Assembly: GCA_049520815.1 (NCBI GenBank) | Contig: JBEKPL010000007.1 | Location: 3-64,002, forward strand | Reading direction: 5' to 3' | DNA: 64,000 bases | Source: Candidatus Limnocylindrales bacterium | GTDB taxonomy: Bacteria > Chloroflexota > Limnocylindria > Limnocylindrales > CSP1-4 | Part shown: piece by piece, positions 1-11,424 of the stretch | How positions within the stretch are numbered: the first letter of the stretch is position 1 | Layout: every line of letters begins with the position of its first letter | Program-made: the position numbers and the translations under genes | Notes under the pieces: model-generated | Databases searched by the model: none | What the model was told of the DNA's origin: nothing | The model's input: only the letters and a program-made list of their open reading frames with translations

Positions 1-1
1 C

Positions 2-610
2 AACCTGTGCTGCGGCCGGCCGCTCTACGACCGGGGCTTCCTGAAGCAGGGGTACCGGCTGCTGGGGCGGATCCTCGATGCCTTCGAGCCGGAGCTGGAT
101 TCGGGCGTACCGGTCGTGGTCCTGGAGCCCTCGTGCGAGGCGGTCTTCCACGACGAGCTGCCGAACCTCTTTCCCTCGGACCCGCGCGCGAAGCGCCTCG
201 CCGAGCTGGCGTGCGGCGTGGGCACGTTCGTGCAGAGGCACCCGGGCGAGCTCGGCCCGGCGTTGACGGGCCGCCTCTCCGCTCCGGCCGTGCTACACGG
301 CCACTGCCACCAGAAGGCGCTCGTGGGGATGGCGGACGAGGAGGCGACGCTGCGGGCGATCGGCCTGGCGCCGGCCCAGCCCGAACCCGGCTGTTGCGGC
401 ATGGCCGGCGCCTTCGGCTTCGAACGGGGCGAGCACTACGAACTCTCCATGAAGATCGGCGAGCGGGCGCTCCTGCCCGCAGTGCGGGCCGCATCGAACG
501 ATACGCTGCTGATCGCCGACGGCTTCAGCTGCCGCGAGCAGATCTCGCAGTCCACCGGCCGCCGTGCCCTCCACCTGGCGGAGGTGCTGGAGATGGCGCT
601 GAGCGGGTAG
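2..610 (+). CDS. (Fe-S)-binding oxidoreductase, C-terminal CCG-domain part (GlcF/GlpC-like); 5' end lies outside the window
   Basis: The frame is open from base 2 (NLCCGRPLYDRGF...). Two cysteine-rich CCG-type motifs are present (CCGRP..., PGCCGMAGAFGFE, ADGFSCREQI). High GC3. Confidence 0.7.
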   Translation, partial: NLCCGRPLYDRGFLKQGYRLLGRILDAFEPELDSGVPVVVLEPSCEAVFHDELPNLFPSDPRAKRLAELACGVGTFVQRHPGELGPALTGRLSAPAVLHGHCHQKALVGMADEEATLRAIGLAPAQPEPGCCGMAGAFGFERGEHYELSMKIGERALLPAVRAASNDTLLIADGFSCREQISQSTGRRALHLAEVLEMALSG

Positions 611-776
611 CGCGGCTGAGGACCCGACACAGGACCGAGCCCGGACTGGTCCAGTTCGAGGGGTCCCCCGGCGTAGGCGCAGCTGGAGACCGCCGAGCCC
701 CACGTCTCGGTCAGGACCTGGGGCGGGCCTGAGGCCAATCACCTCGATGTTGCGTCATCGCTCTGTTCTGTGGCGG

Positions 777-1133
777 CTACTGCCGGTTGATCCGCCGAAC
801 GGCGCGGCGGATCCGAGCGAGCCAGAGCAATTGGACCACGACATACGCGACCACCGCGACGGAAGTGGCGGGCCCAAAGGGGCCCACCAGAAAGAATGGC
901 AACGGAAGGTTGAAGAAGACCAGAAGAAGGCCCAGCCCCGGCACGGTCATTGGCGCGAAGCCCTCCGCCCTCTTGACACCCCTCATGCGCAAGGCCAGCT
1001 GGAACTCCCATGGCATCGCAGCGTCGCTGCCGACGTAGCCACCGGCAACCATCAACCCCGACCACAAATACACACTCACCGGGAAACAGAACAGGAAGAG
1101 ATACCCAACGGCCCGCAGCTCCATGACTCCCAA
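777..1133 (-). CDS. hypothetical small membrane protein (about 3 TM segments)
   Basis: 118-aa ORF with hydrophobic stretches (YLFLFCFPVSVYLWSGLMVAGG, GLGLLLVFFNLPLPFFLVGPF, VAVVAYVVVQLLW). No recognisable family. Confidence 0.45.
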   Translation of the reverse strand: MGVMELRAVGYLFLFCFPVSVYLWSGLMVAGGYVGSDAAMPWEFQLALRMRGVKRAEGFAPMTVPGLGLLLVFFNLPLPFFLVGPFGPATSVAVVAYVVVQLLWLARIRRAVRRINRQ

Positions 1134-1395
1134 TCTAGCAGCCCTCGGACCCCTTCGTTCCAGCTACACCCTGAACGACGTTCTAGGCGAGTGCCCCGAA
1201 CCCTGGGCCCACGAGGGGATGGCGCCCACGGTGCGCGGACGGGCCCAGATTCATCAGACCAACCGTACGACGGCGTGCAGCAGTCCGAAGCCAATCTGCG
1301 GCGCTCGACGGGCTTGGCCCTCACTCGGTCTAGTCCGCAGACCTCTTGAGTGAGGCGGCCAGCTCGCGGCGGTCGTCCTCGTCGAGCTGCGCGCC

Positions 1396-1647
1396 CTATA
1401 GAACGTAGATGGTGGGCCAAAGGGCTATGGAGGGAGTGTCCATGCCGGGCTCGATACCATCGATGCCGGCGCCAGCTAGCCACGGATCGGCCTCCGGTCC
1501 AGACCTGAGCCACGCTCGCGCCGAAGCCTGCACGGCGTCGATGAACGCAAGGGTGTCCGGACGTCGGAATCGATCCAGCTCGTCGGCATACTCCTGAAAC
1601 ACGCGGTCCACCTCTGCCGACCGAGGCGCGCCGCCGGCATCGAACAT
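1396..1647 (-). CDS. hypothetical protein, possibly a gene remnant
   Basis: 83-aa ORF. Protein-like sequence continues upstream of the ATG (SPEEATFLWHLYRLYAR) without a start codon, so it may be truncated or frameshifted. Confidence 0.25.
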   Translation of the reverse strand: MFDAGGAPRSAEVDRVFQEYADELDRFRRPDTLAFIDAVQASARAWLRSGPEADPWLAGAGIDGIEPGMDTPSIALWPTIYVL

Positions 1648-1776
1648 CCGCGCGTACAGGCGATACAGGTGCCACAGGAAGGTCGCTTCTTCGGGCGATC
1701 GCTGGGCATCGGGGCGTCAGGGCCCAGGCGGCGTTGCCGTCGGCGTCGTAGGTCGTTGAGGTTCCTCGGCCTTCCG

Positions 1777-2883
1777 TCAGGAGCCATACCGAGGCGCGTT
1801 CAGAAGGTAGCGAACCTGGCCACCCGTGTTCAGGCAAAGGTCAGCTTCGTACTTGTCGCCGACGCGATCGATCTCGCTGTCGAAGTCCGGCGCCTTGCTG
1901 AGACTGATCCATTCGCCCGGCCAGTTTGCGTCTGTGATGAGTTCGAAGCTGGCCCGCTGCTCGGTTCCGTAAAACGGCAACCGATAGCATGGCGAGGCGC
2001 CCTTGGGCGCCGACTGACTCGCGGCGATCAAGAACCAGGGTCGCGGCTTGCTCCCAGCTAGCAAGAGGCTGCCAGTTTCCAGGTCCTCCGACGAGAGCCC
2101 CTGAACGTAGGCGGATGTTGGAGGGCTCTCGCTCGACCAAATGGTCCCCTGCCATAGCTCGATCTCTCGACCGTCGTCGAGGGTCACGCGGACGCCCTCG
2201 TCAGACAGAGCCTCGGTCGCCGATACGACACCCACGACCTCCACAGGAAACACCTTCTGCTCCCAGGGCACGGAATCCAAGATGCTGGCCCCGAGGCACC
2301 CTACGACCACAAGGAGCATCAGTCTGGTGCCCACCCGGAAAGATGGCTGGGCCACGATGAAATACAGGGGGAGAAGGATCAACTCAACGGCCGCCGCGGC
2401 CAATGCCATGAGGACTGGGACGAACCTCGGACCCGGTCCCGGGCCCATGTAGTGATCCCGCTGATGCCAGCCCACCCAGCCGACAATGAGAAACAACAGG
2501 ACCAGCATCGCCAGGATCGCGATCGCGTTTCCCGCGGTCTTCCTGGCGTTCCCCGCCGTTGCACGTTGCGTGCTGTCCGTTTCGATCCAGATCCCGAGTT
2601 GAGCCACCACGGTCAGGATCAGTCCGGCGGCCGCCGCGGCAATGAAGATGACCTCGCCAAGAGTCCCGTCGCGCCGGTGACCGTATTCCAACGGTTGATG
2701 CCACCACAGCCAGCCCAGCACGATGCCCGATACGATGAGGACGGCCGCAAGCAGACGTGGGCGGTTGTCCGGCCCTCGCTCGGCGAGCGGCTCCGGCTCC
2801 CGGCTTCTCCAGGACCATCCTGCCGACGCCGGCGAGCCCACCCGGCGTGCCTTCGAGCTACCTCGTGGCCACTCCCGCGGCAT
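1777..2883 (-). CDS. hypothetical polytopic membrane protein with a soluble C-terminal domain
   Basis: 368-aa ORF with about 5-6 hydrophobic helices followed by a roughly 170-aa non-hydrophobic domain. The start codon is uncertain. Confidence 0.55.
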   Translation of the reverse strand: MPREWPRGSSKARRVGSPASAGWSWRSREPEPLAERGPDNRPRLLAAVLIVSGIVLGWLWWHQPLEYGHRRDGTLGEVIFIAAAAAGLILTVVAQLGIWIETDSTQRATAGNARKTAGNAIAILAMLVLLFLIVGWVGWHQRDHYMGPGPGPRFVPVLMALAAAAVELILLPLYFIVAQPSFRVGTRLMLLVVVGCLGASILDSVPWEQKVFPVEVVGVVSATEALSDEGVRVTLDDGREIELWQGTIWSSESPPTSAYVQGLSSEDLETGSLLLAGSKPRPWFLIAASQSAPKGASPCYRLPFYGTEQRASFELITDANWPGEWISLSKAPDFDSEIDRVGDKYEADLCLNTGGQVRYLLNAPRYGS

Positions 2884-2909
2884 TGACTCCCCCTCCCCTC
2901 ACCTACCCC

Positions 2910-4214
<1,305 letters not shown>

Positions 4215-4253
4215 GCGCCTTGATCCGTCCTTTTCGACTTGAGCCCTGTCCCC

Positions 4254-4934
4254 CTACTCGGGGGCCGATGCAGGGCTCGTGCCGCTGCCGGCGTCGTCCG
4301 TCGTCTCACCGGCGCCGGCGCTTCCTCCCTCACGATGCTTCATCGCGAGCGGATTGCCGCTGGCGGAGTAGACAGCGTCGATGATGCCATAGTCCTGGGC
4401 CTCCGATGGGGACATGAAGTAGTCCCTCGAGGTATCGGCAATGATCCTTTCGATCGGCTTTCCCGTGTGGTGACTCAGAATCTCGTGATTGGTGTTGACA
4501 AGAGTCTCCATCTCCTTGACCTGGATCATCACGTCCGGGGTGTTGCCGCGGAAGCCGCCCGAGCCCTGGTGGATCATGATCCGGCTGTGCGGCAAGGCGA
4601 AGCGCTTGCCGGGCGCGCCTGCGGCGAGCAGGACGGCGGCCATGCTGGCCGCCATACCGATGCAGATCGTGCTGACCGGGGCTCGAACGTACTGCATCGT
4701 GTCGTAGATCGCCAGGCCGGCGGTGATGACTCCGCCGGGCGAGTTGATGTAGAGGCTGATGTCCCGTTCAGGATCCTCGGCGTCGAGGAAGAGGAGCTGG
4801 GCGATGACCAGATTCGCGACGTTGTCCTCGACGGTGTCGCCCAGGAAGATGATCCTCTCGCGGAGCAATCGCGAGTAGATGTCGTAGGCACGCTCGCCAC
4901 GGCTCGAGGACTCGATCACCATCGGCACGAGCAT
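4254..4934 (-). CDS. clpP: ATP-dependent Clp protease proteolytic subunit ClpP, with a roughly 30-aa Gly/Ser/Ala-rich C-terminal tail
   Basis: [27 protein letters not shown] (catalytic Ser context) and the IMIHQ motif. Lies between tig and clpX. Confidence 0.95.
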   Translation of the reverse strand: MLVPMVIESSSRGERAYDIYSRLLRERIIFLGDTVEDNVANLVIAQLLFLDAEDPERDISLYINSPGGVITAGLAIYDTMQYVRAPVSTICIGMAASMAAVLLAAGAPGKRFALPHSRIMIHQGSGGFRGNTPDVMIQVKEMETLVNTNHEILSHHTGKPIERIIADTSRDYFMSPSEAQDYGIIDAVYSASGNPLAMKHREGGSAGAGETTDDAGSGTSPASAPE

Positions 4935-4963
4935 CGGATCGTCTCCTGTACAGCTGAATCTGG

Positions 4964-6397
4964 CTACGCGCCCGCCTGGGCGGTCGCTTCCTGCGACAGA
5001 TCACTTCCCGGATCCGCCACCACGACCGAAGGCGCGGCCTCGGCCGGCGGGGCTTGAACCGGCGAGCTTTCCTCGGCGTCTTCGAGATGAGGCAGCCGTG
5101 GTGACTCCGGGTGAGCGGCAAGCCACTCGTCGACGAGCTGCTCGACGGTCCGAGACCGTCGAATCGTACTTCTTACGTAGCTGCGGCCGCGCTCCGATTC
5201 GAAGTACCGGATCAAGCCCGGGTCGTCGGCGTAGCGAGACCGAGCCCGATCGATCTCGGCCTGGACCTCCGTCTCGGGGACCTCCCCGCCTTTCGCCCTG
5301 GCGATCTCCGAGAGGACCAGCAGCGTCTTCACCCGCTTCTCGGCCCGCGGCCGGAATTCGGCTTGGATCTCTTCCTGGGTCTTGCCGACGACCTTGAGGT
5401 AGCCCTCCTCGTCGATGCCCTGGCGAGCCAGCGCCGACCGAAGCTCGTCGTGCATCACCTCGATCTCCTGGTCGACCAGCACGTCCGGCAGCTCGACCGT
5501 GGCGTTTGCCGTGGCGTACTCGATGATCTTGTCCGCGAAGTCGTGGCGGGCGCGATCGATCGCGTTGGCTTCGAGACGCCTGCGCACCTCGGCGCTGAGG
5601 GCGGCCATGTCGGCGAACTTGCCGACGGACTGTGCGAAGGCGTCGTCGGCCTCGGGCTGGACCTTGTGGCGCAGCTCCTTCACCGTGACGGCGAAATGGG
5701 CCGTCTGACCTCGGAGCGATTCTTCCTGGTAGTCGTCCGGGAACACGATGTCGAACTCGCGCTCATCCCCCTTGGCCGCTCCGAGAAGGTTGTCCTCGAA
5801 ACCCGGGATGAGCCGGTCTTCGCCGAGAATCAGCGGCATCCGCTCCGAGGAGCCGCCCGGAAACGCTACGCCGTCCCGCGTGCCGACCAGGGAGACGATG
5901 GCGTAGTCGCCCTTCTCGGCCCCACGTCCGGTGACGGGCTCCAGGCTGGCATGGCTGTCGCGAAGCTCGTCGATGACCCGCTCCACCATGGTCTCGTCGA
6001 CCGGCTTGATCTCGGGCACGAAGCCGAAATGCTCGTAGTCGCCGAGCTTCGTCTCCGGACGAACCTGGATCACCGCCTTGAAGAGGACCGGCTTGCCCTC
6101 CTCGCGCTGGGTGACCTCGAATTCGGGCTCCGTCAGCGGCGAGAGATCCTGCTCGACGATCGCCTCGCGGAAGGCATCGTCGACCAGATGATCCAGGGCA
6201 TCGTCGAGGACGGCGGTGTCGCCGAGAACCCGCTCCACCATCAGGCGGGGCGCCTTGCCGGGCCGGAAGCCGGGAACGCGCGTCTGGCGTGAGAGGCGGC
6301 TCACGGCCTGGGCTATGGCCCGGCTGAGGCGCTCGGGCGGAAGCTCGAACTCGAGCTGGAGTCGGGAGTTGGGAAGGGGTGTGTTGGCGGTCTGCAT
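4964..6397 (-). CDS. tig: trigger factor
   Basis: GFRPGKAP ribosome-binding signature, a PPIase-like middle region and a C-terminal arm. Start set at the internal ATG (MQTANTPL, 6397) rather than the 6487 extension, which overlaps the neighbouring gene. Confidence 0.92.
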   Translation of the reverse strand: MQTANTPLPNSRLQLEFELPPERLSRAIAQAVSRLSRQTRVPGFRPGKAPRLMVERVLGDTAVLDDALDHLVDDAFREAIVEQDLSPLTEPEFEVTQREEGKPVLFKAVIQVRPETKLGDYEHFGFVPEIKPVDETMVERVIDELRDSHASLEPVTGRGAEKGDYAIVSLVGTRDGVAFPGGSSERMPLILGEDRLIPGFEDNLLGAAKGDEREFDIVFPDDYQEESLRGQTAHFAVTVKELRHKVQPEADDAFAQSVGKFADMAALSAEVRRRLEANAIDRARHDFADKIIEYATANATVELPDVLVDQEIEVMHDELRSALARQGIDEEGYLKVVGKTQEEIQAEFRPRAEKRVKTLLVLSEIARAKGGEVPETEVQAEIDRARSRYADDPGLIRYFESERGRSYVRSTIRRSRTVEQLVDEWLAAHPESPRLPHLEDAEESSPVQAPPAEAAPSVVVADPGSDLSQEATAQAGA

Positions 6398-6537
6398 CGT
6401 CGGGCGATTATAGGTGCCGGGCCGTCCCGAGGGCCGAGGGCGGCGTGGACGTCTCCGCCGACCGCTCTGCGAGTGATCGGCGCTCACCTGTCGTCCAGCC
6501 GATAGGCAATCCGGGCCCGGTCCACTACGTTTGCGGC

Positions 6538-8331
6538 ATGGCGTCGGTCGTTCGAAGCAGCCGATCGAACACCGCCCGGCTCGATGAGCCGCCTCGGGGT
6601 TCCGAATCGCGCGCGCCCGTCCCGGAGGTCTTCTCGGTCGAGCCGCCCGCGCCTCCCCTTCCGACCGATCCGAATCGGACCGGCGTCGTCTTCGTCCACG
6701 GCATCGGCGCCCAGGCGGCCTGCGGAACGTTCCTCGACTGGTCCCGCCCGATCGTCGATCTGGTCACCGACTGGCGCCGCGATCACGACGTCGCCGGCGA
6801 CCCCGTGGTCCGTTGCACCTACGACCAGACCGGCGCGCGACTGCCGTACCTGGAGCTGGGGATCCTCGAGTACGGCGGGCATCCCGCCGGGAGCTGGGTG
6901 ATCACCGAAGCGTGGTGGGCGCAGTCGACCCGGCCGCCCACTCTCCCGGCCATGACCCACTACGTCCGCAAGGCGATGCTGCCGATCATGGTCGGCATAA
7001 TCCAGGGCTACTGGCAGCGCCAGCGCAAGTGGTCCAGGCGGGCCGAGTTCGCCCGGCGGTACGCGTCGCGAGAGACAACGTACAAGCATCGGGACATGGT
7101 CCTGGACGCCGTCCCGGCTCGCCGGCGCGACTGGATCGACCGGCTCGACTGGCTCCAGATGTGGCTGACGGCCTTCGCCTTCGTCCCGATCTACATCCTG
7201 AGCTGGCTCGCCCTCCTGGTGTACGACCCGTTCAGGCGCATTCCCATCAAGGCGCTCCGGGATTCGACGCTACTCAGATCTGTCGACAACTTCCTGACCC
7301 AGTGGTTCGGAGGGTTGCCGACGGTCGCAGACGACAAGATCCAGTCGGCCAACGTCCGCAGTCGCCTGGTCAACGCCGTGCGCGGCCTGCGGGCCCAGGG
7401 CTGCGGCCGGATCGTCGTGGTCGCCCATTCCGGCGGGGCGGTCGTCAGCTTCGAGACGCTGTGCGACTCCGCCTACCGCGATGAGCCGGTGGACAAGCTC
7501 ATCACCCTGGGCGAGGGCCTGAGCCTGGCCTGGCGCATCGATAACGCGGCCGGGGGCCTGCCGGGCGACTCCCGCCTTCGGGGCGATCTCCGGTCCGCCC
7601 GGCCCAACCTGCGCTGGGTGGACTTCTGGTCGACCTACGATCCGGCGCCGGCCGGTCCGATCCGGCCACCCGACGGCGTCAAGCTCCCCAGGCGCGACAG
7701 CCACGCCACGGTCAATCAGATGAGCATCCTCGAGGACCACGGCGGGTACTGGGACAACGACGAGGACTTCCTGATCCCGCTGCTGCAGAACATCGACACG
7801 CCCACGAGCCGTGCGAGCGAATCGCGCTTCTTCCGCGACACGACACTGGCGACGATGAGGTCGGCGTGGCGGCGCCAGCGCGTGGGAGTACTGGCGGCGT
7901 GGCGGTGGATCGTGGCTCTGCTGGCCGCCATCCCCCTGGGCGCGGCGACCGTGACCGGCGCCCTTGGGATTCCGGGACTGCAGGGCCCGGGCCGGCTGGG
8001 AGGCGAATTCGCGGGCTGGTGGCGCACCGTGCCCGGCCACGAGCTCATCGCCGGCCCGCTCGACGGGCTGTCGCAGATCGCGAGCTGGCCGTCCATCCTG
8101 CGGACGGTCGGCGAATGGGGCCTTGGCGTGGCCCTGGTCGCGGCGGCGTTCCTGGTGCTGGCACGGGTGGGCATCGCGTTCTGGGGCATCTGGGATCGGC
8201 GCGAGCGTCAGGCTGCCCACCGGAAGGAGCCGTCACGACCCTCGCGGGTGGTCCCGGCGATCGAGTTCATCCTCTTGACCGTGATCGGCCTGGAGATGGC
8301 CTTCATCACGCTGGCCTGGATGTGGCAGTAG
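6538..8331 (+). CDS. hypothetical alpha/beta-hydrolase-like protein with C-terminal transmembrane helices
   Basis: GVVFVHGIG near the N-terminus and a nucleophile-elbow-like VVVAHSGGA. Hydrophobic helices occur mid-protein and at the C-terminus. Start chosen at ATG 6538 (MASVVRSS) to avoid overlap with tig. Confidence 0.6.
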   Translation: MASVVRSSRSNTARLDEPPRGSESRAPVPEVFSVEPPAPPLPTDPNRTGVVFVHGIGAQAACGTFLDWSRPIVDLVTDWRRDHDVAGDPVVRCTYDQTGARLPYLELGILEYGGHPAGSWVITEAWWAQSTRPPTLPAMTHYVRKAMLPIMVGIIQGYWQRQRKWSRRAEFARRYASRETTYKHRDMVLDAVPARRRDWIDRLDWLQMWLTAFAFVPIYILSWLALLVYDPFRRIPIKALRDSTLLRSVDNFLTQWFGGLPTVADDKIQSANVRSRLVNAVRGLRAQGCGRIVVVAHSGGAVVSFETLCDSAYRDEPVDKLITLGEGLSLAWRIDNAAGGLPGDSRLRGDLRSARPNLRWVDFWSTYDPAPAGPIRPPDGVKLPRRDSHATVNQMSILEDHGGYWDNDEDFLIPLLQNIDTPTSRASESRFFRDTTLATMRSAWRRQRVGVLAAWRWIVALLAAIPLGAATVTGALGIPGLQGPGRLGGEFAGWWRTVPGHELIAGPLDGLSQIASWPSILRTVGEWGLGVALVAAAFLVLARVGIAFWGIWDRRERQAAHRKEPSRPSRVVPAIEFILLTVIGLEMAFITLAWMWQ

Positions 8332-8426
8332 CCGATCCCGCGAAGCGCTGAAGCCGGTTTGCTCGTGGGCGGGCCTGCCAAGCCGCATTGGTCGACTACC
8401 GAGTATCAGCCAGCACATGCCAGAAC

Positions 8427-8514
8427 TGGTGGGCGAGGTCGGGGTCGAACCGACACGCCGCTAACGCGGCACCAGCTCCTAAGGCTGGCGCGTCTGCCAT
8501 TCCGCCACTCGCCC
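8427..8514 (-). tRNA. tRNA-Leu (anticodon UAG), class II with a long variable arm and encoded CCA
   Basis: The minus strand reads GGGCGAG-TG-GCGGAATGGCAGACGC-G-CCAGC-CTTAGGA-GCTGG-TGCCGCGTTAGCGGCGT-GTCGG-TTCGACC-CCGAC-CTCGCCC-A-CCA. The 7-bp acceptor stem pairs perfectly, a T-loop TTCGA is present, and the anticodon loop is CT-TAG-GA. Confidence 0.9.
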
Positions 8515-8573
8515 GCGGCCTCAGAGTCTAGCGGGGTCTCGGGCGGCGCGGGCTCGTCGCGACGCGCGGGTCG

Positions 8574-9209
8574 TCAGCGCGGGCGGAGCACGTTGCGGCG
8601 ACGGCCGGGGCGAGGCTGCGACTTGCGATCCGGTCCGGCCGCGTCGCTAGCCGGAGCCGGGCCGGCATCTTGCTCCGCTCTCCGGGCGTCACGACGCGCC
8701 TTGATCCGACTCATCGCTTCGGCGAAGCCGCCGCCGTCCGGCGAGAAGAGCTCCTTGGCCAGCCGCTTGCCCGCCTGGGCGGTCACGGGCCGGAGAATGT
8801 TCCCACCGAGCTCTGAGAGCGTGCCTCGCAGGTCGCGCGCCTCGCGGACGGGCTTGTTCTTCTCGAGGTAACCCACGAACTCGCGCTCGAGCAGCCCTCG
8901 CACGCGATCGCCGTCGTCCCCGAGCGAGCTCAGAGCCTTGTCGATCTGTTCCGGCAGCATCGACTTCGGCAGGTCGGCCCGCGGCCCGAGAATCGCGCGG
9001 CGAACGGCATGGTAGCCACGTTTCGGGCCACCGAGAACGACGAACGCCGTCCCGGCGGCCAGCGCGGCGGTCTTGCCCGGCGCGCGCCGGATCTTCGCCG
9101 GAATATCGATCGCCGACCGGGCGGCAGCCTCGAGCCTGACGACCTCGTCCAGCAGAACCTGGCGTTGGGCTACGACTTCCGCCCGAGCGGCATCTGTTCG
9201 CGCACCCAC
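8574..9209 (-). CDS. hypothetical protein (coiled-coil N-terminus, one hydrophobic segment, basic tail)
   Basis: 211-aa ORF. It overlaps the upstream holin-X-like gene by about 40 nt, which suggests an operon. It may be DUF3618-like, but that is from memory only. Confidence 0.5.
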   Translation of the reverse strand: MGARTDAARAEVVAQRQVLLDEVVRLEAAARSAIDIPAKIRRAPGKTAALAAGTAFVVLGGPKRGYHAVRRAILGPRADLPKSMLPEQIDKALSSLGDDGDRVRGLLEREFVGYLEKNKPVREARDLRGTLSELGGNILRPVTAQAGKRLAKELFSPDGGGFAEAMSRIKARRDARRAEQDAGPAPASDAAGPDRKSQPRPGRRRNVLRPR

Positions 9210-10030
9210 TCGATCGTCTCCTTGGTAGTAGCGATTGTCTGATCGGGCATGAACCGATCCTTGAGCTTGTCAAAGTCGAAGCCGTGCCGGAAAACGAGAA
9301 CGGCCGCGCAGATCGGCCAGAACAGCAGCAGTGCGGCCACTCCCAGCGCCACGGCGACGCGCAGGCCCGGCCCGGCCGAAGCCAGCCAGCCGATCAGCAC
9401 GCCCAGCACGATTCCCAGCGCCAGACCGGCCGCGGCGGCGCCTCGCCCGAAGCTGGCGCCGAGCGCCAGGCCGAGCAGCCCGAACACCGCGACGCCGGCA
9501 AGGATGCCGAGCACGAGAGCTCCAGGCAGACCGGCATTGTTGTGACTGACCGAGGCCCAGTCCACCGCGAGCACGCCCACGACGGCCAGGCCGACCGCAA
9601 GCGCCACGACGAAGCTCGCGATGGCTCGACCCCAGCCGAGATCGATGATCGCCAGCACCAGAACAGCCGCCACGCCGGCGAAAAGCTCGGTGCCGTGCAG
9701 CACGCCCCAGCCGATCGAGCCGAAAAGGGCCTCGTCGACGAAGAGCACGGTGCCGACCACGACGAGCATTCCGGCCAGGAACAGCAGCAGCAGGGCGATG
9801 CCGCCGAGAGCCGCAGCTCGCTTGATCTCGTCGGCAATCTCAGCGAACTCGGCCCGGGCCAGCTTGACGTGGGCCGAGATCAGCCCGACGAACGCGCTTC
9901 GCGTTCGGCCGAACTGCTCGCGCAAACCGGGTGGTGCGGACTGGGCGTTCTCAGCGGGTGATGGATCGGACGAGGAGGGCCGGTCGGCCAAGGGACTCCT
10001 TCTTGGTGGAACAGACAGCAGCGGGATCAT
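9170..10030 (-). CDS. phage-holin-family (Holin-X-like) integral membrane protein
   Basis: N-terminal amphipathic segment (FVGLISAHVKLARAEFAEIADEIKRAAALGG) followed by several Gly/Ala/Leu-rich TM helices. Confidence 0.55.
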   Translation of the reverse strand: MIPLLSVPPRRSPLADRPSSSDPSPAENAQSAPPGLREQFGRTRSAFVGLISAHVKLARAEFAEIADEIKRAAALGGIALLLLFLAGMLVVVGTVLFVDEALFGSIGWGVLHGTELFAGVAAVLVLAIIDLGWGRAIASFVVALAVGLAVVGVLAVDWASVSHNNAGLPGALVLGILAGVAVFGLLGLALGASFGRGAAAAGLALGIVLGVLIGWLASAGPGLRVAVALGVAALLLFWPICAAVLVFRHGFDFDKLKDRFMPDQTIATTKETIEWVREQMPLGRKS

Positions 10031-10135
10031 AGCAGCGGCGAGCGACCCACCTGCAAGCCGCAGGTCGCTGACCGCGTTCGTCGACGGCAGCCCAGCCCGG
10101 CGGCGGCGAGGCTCCCCTCACCGTACACTCCGGCG

Positions 10136-11320
10136 GTGAGCCCCGCTACGAGAATCCCCCGATCCCTCCGCACAGCCGCGCTACTGGCCGTGGGCAGCGA
10201 GCTGACCGCCGGCGAGACGCGCGACACGAACAGCGGCGACCTGGCCCGGTCGCTCTCGGACGCCGGCGTAGACGTGTTGTGGATCTCGGCACTTCCCGAC
10301 CGACTGGCCACGGTCGCAGCCGCCCTTCGCAAGGCCCTGGCAGCCGCCGATCTGGTCGTGACTACCGGCGGTCTGGGCCCCACGCCCGACGATCTGACCC
10401 GCGAGGCGATCGCCGAGGTCCTGGGGGAGCGCCCGACCGTGGATCGCGAGCTCGAGCGCTGGCTGCGCCACCTCTTCGAGCGTCGAGGCCTCGCGTTCCC
10501 CGAGACGAACCTCAAGCAGGCATGGCTGATTCCCTCGGCGAGGCCGATCCCCAACGAGCGCGGCACCGCGCCGGGGTGGTGGATCGATCGGGCCGACGGC
10601 CGGGTGGCGGTTGCGCTGCCGGGCCCGCCCCGCGAGATGGGCCCGATGTGGCGCGATTGGGTGCTCCCCCACCTCCGCGAGCGTGGCCTGGGACGGGAGA
10701 GGGTCACCCGGACCTACCGCCTCGAGGGGATCGGTGAGTCGGCCGTGGCGGCACTTCTGGGAGATGAGCTGCTCCGCGCCGGGAATCCCGTCGTGGCCAC
10801 CTATGCACGGGCTGACGCGGTAGACGTCCGGATCTCCGCGGCGGCGGAAGCGGGACGCAGCCCGGCGGAGCTCGTCGATGAGGCAGCGGCCGCCGTCCTG
10901 GCCGCCGTTGGAGACCACGTCTGGGGCCGCGATGACGACACGTGGCCGGCGGTCCTCGGCCGCCACCTCGGCGAGCACGCCTGGACCGCAGCACTCGTAG
11001 AGGTGGGCACGGGCGGCTCGGCTGCCCGTCTCCTGGGCGACGCCGCGTGGCTGTTGGGCGCTCGCATTCTGGCCGCGGACGATGAGGCCCAGCCGCTCGG
11101 CGCCCTTGCGGAACGCGCCAGGCAGGAGGCCGGAGCCTCGATCGGGATCGCGGTGCGGGCGGTGGACACCGGCGAGGACACCCAGGTCGATCTGGCCGTC
11201 GCCGGTCCATGGGGCCTCTCGGAAGCAAGCCGGACCGCCTTCCTCGGCGGCACGCAGGGACGGCACCGGGCCGCGCTGGCGATGGCGGGATTCCTGCTCG
11301 GCGTCGCGAAGGGACACTGA
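10136..11320 (+). CDS. cinA: CinA-like competence/damage-inducible protein (MoCF-binding domain)
   Basis: LAVGSELTAGETRDTNSGDLARSL...DLVVTTGGLGPTPDDLTREAIAEV is the typical CinA N-terminal MoCF domain. Confidence 0.85.
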   Translation: MSPATRIPRSLRTAALLAVGSELTAGETRDTNSGDLARSLSDAGVDVLWISALPDRLATVAAALRKALAAADLVVTTGGLGPTPDDLTREAIAEVLGERPTVDRELERWLRHLFERRGLAFPETNLKQAWLIPSARPIPNERGTAPGWWIDRADGRVAVALPGPPREMGPMWRDWVLPHLRERGLGRERVTRTYRLEGIGESAVAALLGDELLRAGNPVVATYARADAVDVRISAAAEAGRSPAELVDEAAAAVLAAVGDHVWGRDDDTWPAVLGRHLGEHAWTAALVEVGTGGSAARLLGDAAWLLGARILAADDEAQPLGALAERARQEAGASIGIAVRAVDTGEDTQVDLAVAGPWGLSEASRTAFLGGTQGRHRAALAMAGFLLGVAKGH

Positions 11321-11424
11321 CCGCCGCGCCACCGGACCGGCCGGGCGTCCAGCGCGCAGACGGGCAGCGGGTGGACAATAGCCATCCGGGGATTCCGGCC
11401 GATCTCAAGGAGCGGGAGCGAGCG

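Noticed and set aside
8332-8573. tRNA-Leu as an integration hotspot, with a genomic island beside it
   Set aside because: No integrase, no direct repeat of the tRNA 3' end, and no compositional break were seen next to the tRNA.
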